From the human T2T-CHM13v2.0 reference genome, Homo sapiens: 64,000 nucleotides of DNA. The first letter of the stretch is position 1; every line of letters starts with the position of its first letter. A model generated the notes under the pieces. The model was not told the DNA's origin. It saw only the letters and a list, made by a program, of their open reading frames with translations, and made no database searches. Location of the stretch: the NCBI RefSeq assembly GCF_009914755.1, contig NC_060930.1. One strand, 5' to 3'. The translations under genes were made by a program, and so were the position numbers. Shown one piece after another: positions 13,556 through 30,042 of this stretch.

Positions 13556-14750
13556 GTGAGTACCCCCTCGCGGCGGGGCGCAGGCGGGAGGATGGATGTC
13601 TGCCGGTGGGTGTGGGGCCGTAGGACAGAGGCTGTACTCTGCCTCCTCCTCCTTCCTCTCCAGTTCCCAAATCCCTGTCAAACACAGCCTTGGGGTAAGC
13701 TAGCTCCCTTGAGCTGTGCCTGGGCGCCTTTCCCCTATTTTGGTACCCTGGACATTGCAGCATTTGCAGGTCCACTTACAAGCCATGGCTGGAACACGCT
13801 GGAAACAGGTGCTTGTGGTACCTCAGGAACTGTTCATGAGGTTCTCTGTACGAGTTACTGGATTCTTTTCAGCTTTCAGAAAGTCTGTTAAAGTTCTAGA
13901 GTTCACAAGTTACAGTACAGGCAGGGGTATGAAAAAAATTTGAACTATGACTTGTAACTTATTTTTTCCTATTCCATGGTATACCATCACTGCGATTCAT
14001 GTGAATTACACTTCTATTGGTGAACTTTTTGGTTCTCTTTTTTTCTTATTTGAAAGGAAAGGAAAACTTACTTTGTTTAAAGACAGATAATTTGTTTGGA
14101 TAACATCTTGCTTTTCACTTGACTTTTTTCAACATAACATTTACTTTTAAAATTTTATTACTTTGAATGGCCATGTAAATAGTGAATAAGCAGATCAGTT
14201 TGTATTTCGATTACCAGTTCCTCAATTAAGGGAGAATGGTGTTTATATAACTTCATACTTGGTCCTTTCTGTGGGTGGAAAGCAAAGTTGGTACAGTATA
14301 GCTCTTCTAAATTGGGGTGCCACAGTGATATTAGGGACTGTGTTTAATATTACCCATTTCATGCTAACAAGATTGCATATGCCAGATATTTTCATAATGC
14401 TCTTCACTATGTTATAGAGTGCTTTATAAACTGTTTCTCTGAAACTTGGGTTGTCTCCATTAGAGGAGTATGAGAAGGCATTTAACAGTTTCTCAGTTAT
14501 AACGTAGTCCTAATAGCACAATAACCTCTCCCTCAGGTTAACATGAGTAGAGAATTGTGGACCTTAAATTAATTTTGCTGACAACTTTGATTAGATCTAG
14601 AGCAGAAAATGACATTATCAAATATACTGTATTTGCAAGTATTTTCAGTTCTCTAATGAGACCCATAAAGAAGTATCATTTGTCATTGAAATGAAACCTA
14701 TTTTCTGTAAAATATGCTGCTAAATTTCCCTCATTAGAAACATAAATAAC

Positions 14751-15037
14751 TTTTTTTTTTTTCCCTTTGAGACAGAGTCTTGCTCTGTCACCCAGGCCGG
14801 AGTGCAGTGGTGCTATCTCGGCTCACTCACTGCAACCTCTGCTTCCCAGGTTCAAGAAGTTCTCGCACCCCAGCCTCCCAAGTAGCTAGGATTACAGGAA
14901 TGTGACACCATGACCGGCTAATTCTTGTGTTTTTAATAAAAGACAGGGATTCTCCATGTTGGCCAGGCTGGTCTAAAACTCCTGGCTTCAGCCTCCCAAA
15001 GTGTTGGGATTACAGGCATGAGCCACCGCATCTGGCC
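14751..15037 (-). mobile_element. Alu (S/J) with a small internal deletion
   Basis: Poly-T then GAGACAGAGTCTTGCTCTGTCACCCAGG...CCACCGCATCTGGCC. Confidence 0.9.
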
Positions 15038-16229
15038 GTAAATAAAACACAAATTTCAGCCCATTAAAAAGCTGATCACTCATGAGGACTGCGTGAGATA
15101 TTAGTGTTCAGAAAGCACAATTCATATTATAGGGCTCTTCTGCTCAGAAATCTTCAGTGGTCCCAATTCTGAAGCAAGTAAACTCTGAATCCCTTAGTTG
15201 GGCATTCAAAGCCATGTATTATTTGTCCTCAACTTGTCTATCTAGTTTTACATCTAATTTAATATCAATTAATGAAACATTTATTGAGGATCAACCATGT
15301 GCCTTCATATGCCTTATTCTGCAGTAAAACTGTATTGCTTTCAGTTCCCTATATCTGCCCTGTGTTTTTCTGCTGTTCTCTATTCTCTTAATGCCACACC
15401 CCCTCTTTTCCTGTCAAAACCTTGCTGATCCTCACAGCACATATCTGGTCATGCCTTGCAAACAGTAGTCTCTCAATAGATGTGGATTAAGGAGCTCTAA
15501 CACAAAGAGATAGAGGTGTGTTCCAGAACTCAGCTGTGACCCCTCTCAACTGCCTAAGTAATGGAAACTAACTCTGGCCAGCTTAGAGACAAAAGGTAAA
15601 TTTATCAGAGGGATGCTAGGGGAGCCATTGCATGGTATCCAGCTTCTGGAAAAGCAGGAAAGAGATAACAGGTTTGAGAACCCTCTCAGAGTACTGCCAA
15701 AAACAGTGTAGGTGCTGGGAGAAAAAATCTGATTGACTCAACTATGATTGGTTATCATCCCCTGAGTGGACAAATCATTCATGGCCAGGGGGGGTCTGGC
15801 AGGAATGATTTAGCTGTGGAATCAGGATCCTCTTTGTTTCAGCAAATGGTTGGGGCTGGGCAACCACCCTTGAAAATGTCTGCTGCATTGAATCACTGAG
15901 TCTCGGTTTTGTTAAATAATTTTTTTTTTTTGGTTAAAGATATAAGCAGAAAGGTTTTGTTTTGTTTTGTTTTTACTAATAAGCTCAAAGTATAAATAAA
16001 TAAGAAAAAGGCATAAAATTACAGGCAACTGGATAAATGCTATGAATTAAAAAAACAAAAACTGTAGTAGGTTGTAATAATGAGGATAATAGCTCAAAAT
16101 ATTCTACATATATTTTATTATTTAATCCTCATAAGACCTCTAAGAGATCATGCTGTTAATTCTACTACTATATATATTATTTAGTAAAGAAAAAAAATGA
16201 GGCAAAGATAATTTAAGGCAGTTACTTAA

Positions 16230-16354
16230 CCCATTTATGCCAGAGGTTGCAAATTTTTTTGTGTGAAAAATCAGACCTTTGCGATGACCTTGAGCAGTAG
16301 GATATAAATAACTCCCACAAGCTTAGCGTTCCAATAACGGAACACTAGGCATAA
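16230..16354. mobile_element. MER85 (piggyBac PGBD3-derived MITE), right TIR truncated
   Basis: TTAA then CCCATTTATGCC TIR; body GATGACCTTGAGCAGTAGGATATAAATAACTCCCAC; palindrome GTTCCAATAACGGAAC at 16328-16343; ends GGCATAA. Confidence 0.9.
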
Positions 16355-17127
16355 GGTGTGGTGCAGGTGCTAAGAATGTATACTGGGGAAAGGACAGTCT
16401 CTTCAATAAATGGTGTTGAGAAAACTGGATATCCATGTGCAGAATGAAATAAGGCCCTTCTCTCTTGCCATATCCACAGATCAACTTAAAATGGATTAAA
16501 GGCTTAAGTGCAAGACCCAAAACTGTAAAACTACCAGAAGAAAACATAGGGGAAATGCTTCAGGATATTGGTCTAGGCAAAGATTTTATGAGTAAGACTT
16601 TAAAAGCACAGGGAACAAACCCAAAAATAGACAAATGGGACTATATCAAGCTGAATAGCTTCTGCACAGCAAAAGAAACAATCAACAGAGTGAAGAGGCA
16701 ACCTATAGAATGGAGAAAATATTTGCAAACTCTTCATCCAAGAAGGGACTAATATCCAGAATATATGAGGAATTCAACAACTCAACAGCAAATACCCCCA
16801 GATAATCCAATTAAAAATGGGCAAGGATCTGAGTAGACATTTCTCAAAAGAAGATATACAAATGGCCAACAGGTATATGAAAAATTACTCAAGGTCACTA
16901 ATTATCAGGGAAATGCAAATTAAAACCACAGTGAGATATCATGTCACCTCAGTTAAAATGGCTATTTTCAAAAGGACAAAAATTATCAAATGCTGGTGAG
17001 GATATGGAGAAAGGGAATTCTTATATAGTATTGGTGGTAATGTAAATTAGTATAGCCATTATAGAAAACAGTATGGAGGTTCCTCAAAAAACTAAAAATC
17101 CGGCAGTCCCACTACTGGGTGTGTATA

Positions 17128-18442
17128 TGAGGGGATTTCAAAAAGTTCATGGGAAAATGGAATTAAAAGATAAAAATAACAAATGTAAACTTTATTTCTC
17201 AAGCTAACTTCCGTCAAGGTCAAGACATTTTTGTAACTAATGATACCAGCCATTTAATTCATCCACAAAGAACCGAGGGTCCTGGGAATTTAACCATATT
17301 GGTGCAGTCTTTTTTACTCTGTTAACTAAAGAAAAATGGGTGCCCTTTAAGGATTCTTTTTAAGATGAGGAAACAAAAAGAAGTCAGAAGGAGCAAAATT
17401 GGAACTGTAAGGCAGATGCCTAATTATTTTCCATTGAAACTCTTGCAGAATTCCCATGTTTGATGAGAGGAATGAGCAGCAGCATTGTTGTGGTGGAGAA
17501 GGGCTCTGTGATGGAGCTTCCTGGGTATTTTTCTGCTAAAGTGTTGGCTGACTCTCTCAAAACACTCTCATAATAAGCAGATACTGTTCTTTAGCTTTCC
17601 AGAAAGTCAACGAGCAAAATGCAGTGAATACACACACACACACACACACACAGACACACACACACACACACACACAATGTTGCCATGACCTTTCCTCTTG
17701 GCCCGTCTGCTTTGCTTTAATTGGACCACTGCCACCTGTTGGTAGCCATTGCTTTGATTGTGCTTTGACTTTAGGATCATACTGGTAACGCCATATTTAA
17801 TACAGTTCTTTGAAGAAATGCTTCAGGATCTTGATCTCACTTGTTTAAAATTTCTATAGAAGGCTCTGCTCTTGTCTGCAGCTGATCTGGGTGAAACAGC
17901 GTTGGGAGCCATCAAGTGGAAAGTTTGCTCAACTTTAAATTTTCAGGCAGAATTGTGTAAGTTGTACCAATTGAGATGTCTATGGTGTTGGCTCTTATTT
18001 CTGCTGTTAATCATCTGTTCTCTTTAATCAGGGAACAAACAAGTGAATTTTTTTCCTGAAAAATTTACATGGGTGGTCTGCTGCTGTGGGCTTTATCTTC
18101 AACATTGTCTCATCCCTTCTTAAAGTTATTCATTTGTAAACTGCATATTTCTTTGGGGCATTGTCCCCATAAACTTTTAATAAGCATCAATGATTTCACC
18201 CTTCTTCCACCCAAGTTTTACCATAGATTTGACGTTTGTTCATGTTTCAATTTTAGCAGAATTCATGTTGCTCTGACGGGCTGTTTTCAAACTGATCTGT
18301 TATCCTTCCTAGTACTTCAAACTAGATCCTGTTCAGACATGTTATAGCAAGTTAGTATCAGTTTATTTTGGTGCAAAAAAATTTTGAAATCCATAGCTTT
18401 TTTATAATACGCATTTTCCATGAACTTTATCAAGTCCCCTTA
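17128..18442 (-). mobile_element. Full-length HSMAR2 mariner transposon (defective transposase)
   Basis: About 30-bp TIRs GAGGGGATTTCAAAAAGTTCATGGGAAAATG / CATTTTCCATGAACTTTATCAAGTCCCCT; TA on the left and TG on the right; transposase start ATGAATTCTGCTAAAATTGAA at 18266 on -; about 1.3 kb. Confidence 0.9.
17630..17676. repeat. (CA)n microsatellite with one GA interruption
   Basis: Seen directly, inside the HSMAR2 transposase region. Confidence 0.97.
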
Positions 18443-19097
18443 TGTATTCAAAAGAAAGGAAATCAGTATGTCAAAGACATATCAGCACCTCCATGTTTAT
18501 TGTAGCACTATTCACGATAGCTAAGATGTGGAATCAGCCTAAATGTGAATTGACAGGTGAATGGATTAAAAAATGTGGTATATATACACACAATGGAATA
18601 CTATTCAGCCAGGAAAAAGAATGAATTTCTGTCATTCACAGCAAATATGGATGAGTCTAGAGGACATTATGTTATATGAAATCAGGCAGGCACAGAAAGA
18701 TAAATGTTCTCATTCACACGTGGGTGCTAAAAAACGATGTTGAGCTTATAGAAGCAGAGAGTAGAATTGTGGTTATTCGAGGGTAGGAAGGGTAGGAAAG
18801 AGGGAATGATAGGGAGGGAGGGTTAACAGATATAAAATAACAGCTACATAAGAGGAATAAGCTCTAGTGTTTTATAGCACTGTAGGCTGACTATAGGTAA
18901 ATAATTTATCATAGATTTTCACTTAGCTAGAAGAAAGGATTTTGAGTGATCCCAACACAAAGAAATTATAGATGTTTGAGGTGATGGATATGCTAATTAC
19001 CCTGATTTGATCATTACACAGTGTACGCATGTATTAAAATATCACTCTATGTTTCATATGTACAATTATTACATGTTACCTAAAAAAGGGAAAAATG

Positions 19098-19790
<693 letters not shown>

Positions 19791-19799
19791 CAGAGATTA

Positions 19800-21854
<2,055 letters not shown>

Positions 21855-21880
21855 TCTCATGTGCATTTTGGATTAATCAG

Positions 21881-22209
21881 TGTCTTATTCCGTTCAGGCT
21901 GCTGTAACAAAATCCCATCAACTAGTTGGCTTACGATTTTCACAGTTTGGAGGCTGGTAAGTCCAAGATCAAGGCACTGGCAGATCCAGTGTCTGGTGAG
22001 GACCTGCTGTGTCCACACACAATGGAAGGAGCAAATAAGGCTTCCTTGAACCTCTTTCATAAGTGCACTATCCCCATTCATGAGGGCTCTGCTCTCAGGA
22101 CTGAATCACTTCCAAAAAGTCCCACTTCTGAATACTATTGCATTAAGGATTAGGTTTCAACATACGAATTTTAAATGTTTGGGAGGACACAGACATGTAT
22201 ACCATAGCA
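21881..22209 (-). mobile_element. MaLR LTR (MLT1A/MST-like)
   Basis: TG...CA ends; GGAGGCTGGTAAGTCCAAGATCAAGGCACTGGCAGAT; TSD ATCAG/ATCAA. Confidence 0.8.
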
Positions 22210-22635
22210 ATCAACTTATCTTTCTCTAGCTTCATAAGATAGAAATTTATGCCGTTGACTTAATTTTTTTCTAATATAAAACATTTAAAACTATCAATGT
22301 AAATTTAAAAGTAGTCAAAAGATTAATGACAGATGGTGAAAGTCTTAGTAGCCTGAACAACAGATAAAGCAGTATATCCTTACATGCAAAAATATCTTAT
22401 AAAATCAATCTGAAAAATAAAACACCCAATAAAAAGGACAAGGATATCAACAAGTAGCTCACTAAAAAGAAGTTTGAATATGAAAAAATGTTCAACTTGC
22501 AAATAATTAAAGCAATAAAATGAAAATAGATTCCCTTTTTCCCCCTGTTAGAATGGCAAAGATTTGCCAAAGCCGTTGCTGGGAAGTATTTGAAAGAAAT
22601 GGGCATTCTTATTTTGGTTGGTGGGGGTGTATTAG

Positions 22636-23015
22636 AGGTTGAGTATCCCTAATCTGAAAATATGAAATCTGAAATGCTCCAAAATCCAAAATTTTTTTGG
22701 ACATGACATGACACCACAAGTGGTAATGCCAACAACTGTGGATTGTCCACATGGGTGGCTGAGCTAGTGATGTCTTTGCTTTCTGATGGTTCAGTGTACA
22801 CAAACTTTGTTTCATGCACAAAATTATTTAAGACATTGTGTAAAACTACCTTTAGGCTATGTCTATAAGGTGTATATGAAACATAAATGAATTTTATGTT
22901 TAGATTGGGTCCCATCCCCAGGATAGCTCATTATGTATATTTTCAAAATCTAAGAAAACAGAAAATCTGATTTACTTCTGGTTCCAAGCATTTCAGATAA
23001 GGGACACTCTACCTT
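22636..23015. mobile_element. Tigger4/MER46-like MITE
   Basis: TIR-like ends AGGTTGAGTATCCCTAATCTGAAA ... TTTCAGATAAGGGACACTCTACCT. Confidence 0.75.
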
Positions 23016-26000
23016 TAATTAGTTATAAAGGAATTAGGAGACACATTAAGAAGCAAAAGAGCCAGTGGACAAGATGGGCTGTCTCTTGTCCTGAGCCTTC
23101 ATTTAGAAATATAATTGGGTAGACTTGCTCTGGAGGCGAAGTTCAGGTCGTTATTGTTCTCTGTGTATAGAGGTGGATTTTGAGGAATATTTGGAGAGGA
23201 AAGGGAGCTGTGTTGGCAGATGACATGCAGGAAGTGTAGTTCTAGCTTGTGAGGGTTGGCCCTTTCCCAAACTAACCTATTCTTTTTGGCACCTAGCACC
23301 TTCAATATGCTCCTTAGCTCTTGTGACTCGTCTGTGGTCCTAATATGCCTTGTGGCCCAGGCCTAACGCAGCACTAACAGTCATACAGCCCAGTGCAACT
23401 AGGAGTTTCCAGCAGAGATTCAGCAACCTGAAGTTATCCTGGGTGAAATTGCAGTTTGCCTTTACAAGAAGGTGCCCTTGCTTAATATGTGATGACATAG
23501 GGACCTTAGCATCACAATAAGTGACCATTTCATAACAAAGAAATGAACACATAATAGTTGACGTTAAAATTGGTAGCTAAACAGAACTAGGTCTGCATGT
23601 GTCTATTTAGCAGGGGACGGGGAGATGAAAGTTGTTAGGATAATTTTTACTCTTACTTGTTCAAGATTGTTAGCATATATGTATGCATTTATTGCCTGCC
23701 TTGTTCCAAAAGGATTTAAGGAAGCTCCCTCCCACCCCCATCACAGAAAGTAGAATAAAACAAGAACCACATGGTGAGGAAATGCACCTTTCTTAATTAG
23801 CCTTGATTTGTGTAATCAGTGAATGGGAGAGAGCAATATAGGGTGTAGTTGACTAAGGATTGGAAAAGGAAACCAAAGTATATAAAGTGAGAGAGAGAAA
23901 CATAGCGATTATATTAATAACTGGTTTAGAGTGTGTGGTTGGAGGTGACATTCACATTTGTTTCTACAGAGGATTTGAAGCTTCCCCAGAGTAAAGCCCT
24001 GAAGGTCAAATGGATAGACTTGCAGACCTCTCTTGAGACTCACTTCCCCCTTCTGGGCGGCATTACCCAATTACTGGGATTACTGGACTAAGTGAGGAGG
24101 CAGGCTTGCAATACTGTTAGATTGGGAGAAGCAACTTCATGGTGCTCTTTACAAATAATACATTTAATCTGAAAGTTCAGGTGAAGTTTAACATGAATTG
24201 AAGCTGTCATACAACCTAAAATTTCTTTCAAGAAGGCTGATTTTCCTCCCTCAGATGAAAAGTGAGTGATTAATTAGCCTGTCATTATAAAAGAAGATAA
24301 TGTTAGTAGATACTGAATTTCCTGTTAAATGGATTACCTATTGTATTCTATTTGGATTTCACATATATATTTTAGAAATACTCATCTTTATACCAAGTCA
24401 CCTCTATTAAAGCTATATTGAAATTGTAAGCTTTTGCCTGAACAATGACACTTAACTTTCAGAAGAGAGCCAGCTTAGCTCATCTTCTATCTTAACAGGT
24501 ATTATTTCAATGTAGCTTTTTTCTTTGGTATCCTAATTCTCCACCTGAACTCCTGCCAAATCCCAAGCCCCAGCATATCTACAAATACACAAACCTTTTC
24601 CCTAGTGGTGTTGATTCGTAGGCACCTACTTGCATGTATATATGCCTTTAGGGAGTCTGGCTGAGGCATGCCTGATCTATGGAAATCCTGTGTGCTCCAG
24701 TTACTGCTCCCTTTCCTTCCCTATTCTTCTTGGATATTTTATTTATCTCCTTTCCCTACCATTTGAACTAGGGGCCCTTTGCTTCTTCAGACTCTGCCAA
24801 TACTTGAGATGACTTTTCTGTCTTCTTTCAATCCCTAGTTCTTACTACAAATTTGTAATAAATTGAACCCTGACTTTCCCCTAGATGTAAAAATCTCTCA
24901 ACACATTCACACCCCTTAAGTATTCTTCTGGGTTTCATCTTGAAGCAATGGCTTTAGTCCGGACTGGATGCTCCCAAGGCCTGCACTACAGCCGCCATTC
25001 TGGGGTTTCCCTTCACCGTTACCCTATATCATACTCTCTATGACAGTTTCCCTGTTTTCCTGGATCCCATCACTTCCTGTTTCTTGATTATGGCCTCGTT
25101 TTGGTAGAGTACTTCCTTTAATTACTTCATGAGAAAGGGTTCATAGAAGTTCATTTTTTTTTTAAGCCCATGAGTATCTAAAAATGTCCTATGCCACCCT
25201 CAGGTTTGATTGATAAAATAAATACTGAATTAAGGATTGGAATGAATTTTCCTTTAGAGTTTTGAAGGCCTTATGTCATTCTCTTCCACCTTCCAGCATT
25301 GTTGCTGAGAGCTTCTGATGTTACTCTGTTCTTGATCTTTAGTTTGAAGCTTGTTTTTTTTTCTTTTCAGAAGCTGTGCTAACTTCTTTTTGTGCTCTCT
25401 TCTTTTTATCTTCTTCTGACACTACAGAGGTATCAGGGGCTTCAAATTCCCAAGCCTTTTGGAGGTTCTATTGTGTAAATTGGATTGCTTCTTGACTTTA
25501 CCATTGCCAGTTTAGGAGTCAGCTTTGTTACACATGCTTTTCAGTTTCAAATGGTTTTTATTTTTCTCCTTTATCTTCTTTGTTCCTCCTTTTGCTCTTG
25601 GGGCTTGAGCCTAAAAACAAACATAAAAAACTTTACTATGGTTTTAGTAAGATGTTTGGGAGGACCAGAGGTGTCCACTCCTCCATCTTTATCCAGGATT
25701 CTACCTGTTTTGCACCTCAGACATCTCTGTTGTGGATCTTGCCCCCTCTCTGTCCCTGAGACTGCCCACAGAAGGGCCACTCACAAGCGCCTGTCATCAG
25801 ATGCTCTGTCCTTATCGACTTGACTTCTCAGCAGCATCTGATGTGACTGCTTTCTCCTTTCCCAGATGATCTTTCTTTGCTTTGACGAGTCCACCTCGTG
25901 CTGGGGTTTTCTCATTCACCAGCCATTCCTCCCAATCTTCTCAGCTGGTTCCTTCTCCGTATCCAGCCTCTAAATAATGGAGTTCCTCAGGCTAGCTTTT

Positions 26001-26331
26001 TTGGGCTCTCGTCACTCTCCCTACTCTCTCTAGTAGGTTTAACCCAGTCCCATGGCTTTAAATGCTGCATACATGCTGATGGCACCCACTGAGCTCTTTT
26101 ACCCACTGAGTTCTCACTTGGCCTCTCTGGGCATGTTGTGAACAGAACTCTTGGTTTCCCTTCAAACCTGTTTCTTCTCCAGTCATCTCGACATCAGTAA
26201 GTGGCACCATCATCTAGCTATCTGCTTAAAGGTAATTGGATCTATTACTCTCCTTCCTGATCCCATCTACCAGTAAGTTATATATCCAAAATATATCTTC
26301 AGTTTATCTTTTTCCTCAGGCATCGAGCCTA

Positions 26332-26804
<473 letters not shown>

Positions 26805-27818
26805 CTAGATTAAAAGATTTAAAAAGATGTAACATAACTTTACATAAAGATAGGTAGTACATGATCCTTGATTAGATTCTGGCTTTATCAAATCCAGCTA
26901 TAGAGGGTATTATAGGGAGATGGGGGGAAAATTGGAATATAAATTGTACATATATATTGTATTGATGATATTATGATTATGTGTTACGATACCTGCAACT
27001 CATTTCCAGAGGTTCAGAGGAAGAAAGCATCTATCAGGAGTGGGGGAGGGAGAAAACAAATGCAACAAAATGTTAACAGTTGGTGAGTCTAGATGAAGGG
27101 TATATGGGTGTTCGTTGTACTGTTCTGTTGTCTTTGAAGATTTTTTTAAATTAAAAATTGGGAAAAAAATCAACAGTGGAGAAAAATTTAGTGGAGGGAA
27201 ACTTTAGGGAAATTTTTAATCCCCAAAATGCTGAGGTCCATTTTGAAGCATACTATTAAATGTAACAAAGGCTGAGGATATACAGTGTTGATATATTCAA
27301 TAGGAAGGAAATAAGAACGAGTAGAAACAAGGCCTTTCTGGAAGTTACCTCTTAAAAAATTGGTGTGAAAGTGGATGGTCAGCTGCCCACCAGAGGGCAG
27401 TGCAGGCAGTGATTCCGCGGTCTACAGTAGGCCAGCTGAAAAGCAGGGGTTTTCTTTCCCTCATAACTGGCTCCACATGAGGTCGCTATTCTCTGCACAA
27501 AACGTTTTTAGGATTCTTAGACTGTTTGAGAAGAGAGAGAATGCGGGTAGGTATAGTGCTTCCCATTTCTTTCCCTCCACTCTGATCTATTTCCAGATTC
27601 TGTGGGTTTTAGCCTTTGGCTCCTCTGATTCATGGATTCTTTGGAAGGATCTAGATATTGGAAGTACAGATCTGCCTTCCTAAGTATGTGTTTCGAAGTC
27701 CAATAATGCATTTGCCCATGAGCATGTCAGGATTTATATCTGTTTTTAAAATCACAAACTGCCAAAGTATCATCCCATTGCAATTAATCTTTAGGTTTCG
27801 TAGGATTTATTAAAATTC

Positions 27819-27908
27819 TGTACAACAAACCCCTGTGACATGAGTTTACCTATGTAGCAAACCTTCACATATACCCCCAAACCTAAAATAGAAGTTAAAA
27901 TTAAAAAA
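27819..27908 (+). mobile_element. Ultra-short 5'-truncated L1PA 3' end (about 90 bp)
   Basis: TGTACAACAAACCCCTGTGACATGAGTTTACCTATGTAGCAAACC...; flanking TAAAATTCT repeat at 27811 and 27909. Confidence 0.8.
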
Positions 27909-29317
27909 TAAAATTCTAGGGAATTTCATTTAGGGATTTTACCTCTTTTAAACCTAGGATGTTCCTCCTTACTGAGTGGTTGACTTAAAAGAGCCATTTT
28001 TCTATGTGCTTACCCAGAAAAGCTGGGTTAGTGTAAATGTCTTAGAAAATTACCCAGCACATGAAATGATTACTCTGTGGTACATAGTTGTTCTTTCACC
28101 TAACACTTAGCCAATGCCTGAGGCACCATATTGTGCTACTAGACTAGGAAATTAAAATCCACAGAGGTTAAGGAGTTAGCCCCAGTCTCCCGAGGTGCTT
28201 ATAGTAGGGGGCAGACAAGCCCCAAACAAATTTAGACAAGACTTTCAGAAGTAAGTACTACATTTAGGTAGAAACAAAAGTGCTTTGGGGAGAACAGGTG
28301 ATGAGTAGGGATTGGTGCAGGTGGACATGGGTGGTTCACTGGCCTTGTCTTGGCTCAGTGCCCAAAGTCCTGCTTAGAGGTTCCTCAAGGCCAAATTCAG
28401 AATCAGGACAACACCAGCCTGCTCTGACCATCCCCAGATAAGTCAAATGCCCTTCCTGTGTTCTCATGGCATCTAGTTCATGCCTCTGTTATAGCATGCT
28501 ATTCATGATTGTCAATTTGCATGCTCTTCTCTCCCGAGGACATAGACTGACTACTAACAGATTGGCGCATTTTCCCATTGTGAGTCCATTCTGGTCCTGA
28601 ACATGCTTTCCTCCCTTTGGGCTACTCTCTGTTTTCCTCTGGCGTTTGTCTTTTTCCTCAAATACAATGGCATAGTCTCACTGACATCTTACAAAGTGAA
28701 GGACAGAAAAGGAACTAACACTTATTGAGTGTCTTTTTTGTGCTGACTGCTGTGGTCACTGTGTTAGGTGCTTTGTGAACGAACATTTTCTCGCTTATTC
28801 TTGTGCCTGTAACAAACATACCATCTTCTTCCCTTTTCAGTTCTTTGCAATTGCTATTTCCTCTCCTAGAAGCCATTTTTTAAGTCCTCAAGAAGGGCTC
28901 CCTTTTCTGCTAACAAGCACGTATACTTTACAAACCATTCTTCTTAGGTGAACGTTGTTAGATTGGTTACCCCCTCTCCTCTCAGTGGTGGGTAGGGTGT
29001 CAGGGACAGGAATTAGCTGAAGCCTGGCTGAGATTCTTTGACTTCCTTTCTCTTCCTGTTTGCCTGTCTGTCTAACTGCACCCCCAGTACATCGAATCCT
29101 GTCACTGGATGTCCCAACTTAGTTTACTAATTTTTATTATAATTGCTTTATTTCTACCTCATTATAACTCATAGTGTCATCTAGACTGTACCTCTCCTAG
29201 GAGATGTGGGATTGAATTTCTTGACTAGCTTTCTTCTTGAGGTCAGGCTAACCCATCATTTTTAACAGATTGTTTTGCTCTTCATAACTTATCAGTAAAT
29301 CAGGCCTTTATAAACTG

Positions 29318-29523
29318 ATGTGTGTGTGTGTGTATATATATATATATGTGTGTGTGTGTGTATGTGTATATATATATGTATAGGTATATATATACATATA
29401 TACATACATATATACGTATATATATATACATATATACACATATGTATACATACATATACATATATACCTATACATATATACATATATATACATATATATA
29501 CACATATATACACATATATATAC
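29318..29523. repeat. Compound (TG)n/(TA)n/(TATACA)n microsatellite
   Basis: About 200 bp of almost uninterrupted purine-pyrimidine alternation. Confidence 0.95.
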
Positions 29524-30042
29524 TTAATAGTAAAAATTCCATGTATTTCTACAGATTTAAAGTTAAAACAGTATATCCAAGTGTTCATGTTGTAATATAC
29601 AGTAAATTCTTACCTTTTAAAGTGTTACCTATTCTTGAAGGTTCAATTCTAGACCCAACTCGTCTGACATTTTTCTCATCTATAGTAAGCCACATTAATC
29701 TTTCCTGCGCTGATTTCCTATGGTCTACATGCTTCATTTTGGCCTTTAATATCGAAAGACTTGTTTGTTATTTAGTTGCTTTGTGTATCTACACCTTATA
29801 TGTCCAATAGTAAATGGCACAATGTGAGTTGATTATGGCAGTGTTTTCTCAATTTTTGCAATGTTTAAAAAGTGTCACTTTTTAAAGGACTTTTTGAAGC
29901 GAAATATCTTTATTTTTGCTAATGAAGTACTTATTTTTTAGATATAATTTTAGAATAATTCATTTCATTTAGTTTTTCTTAAAAGCATTTTCATTTAAAT
30001 ATATTTTTCTACATTTTGATTATTCATTTTATTCTCAGTATT

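Larger units (their letters stand above)
12430..13630. promoter_or_regulatory. CpG-rich bidirectional promoter region (FIG4 +, AK9 -)
   Basis: Dense unmutated CpG in an otherwise CpG-poor window; GC boxes at 12635-12643, 13303-13311 and 13320-13329; CCGGAA at 13338; GCGCATGC (NRF1-like) at 12768; no clear TATA box. Confidence 0.88.
16365..19097 (+). mobile_element. L1MA-type 3' portion, split by HSMAR2
   Basis: ORF2 C-terminal homology ([23 protein letters not shown]); L1MA 3'UTR GAGGTGATGGATATGCTAATTACCCTGATTTGATCATTACAC; L1 sequence resumes after 18442. Confidence 0.85.

Noticed and set aside
13466-13891. 141-aa ORF containing the FIG4 N-terminus
   Set aside because: Starts at a GTG and reads through the exon 1 donor into the intron; the true coding part is 13490-13555
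25371-25429. Possible 59-nt cryptic exon (strong T-rich CAG acceptor, GAG|GTATCA donor)
   Set aside because: Weak donor in T-rich, probably repeat-derived sequence; no further support
29292-29810. Tyr/Ile/Cys/His-rich ORFs
   Set aside because: Artefacts of the TA/TG microsatellite
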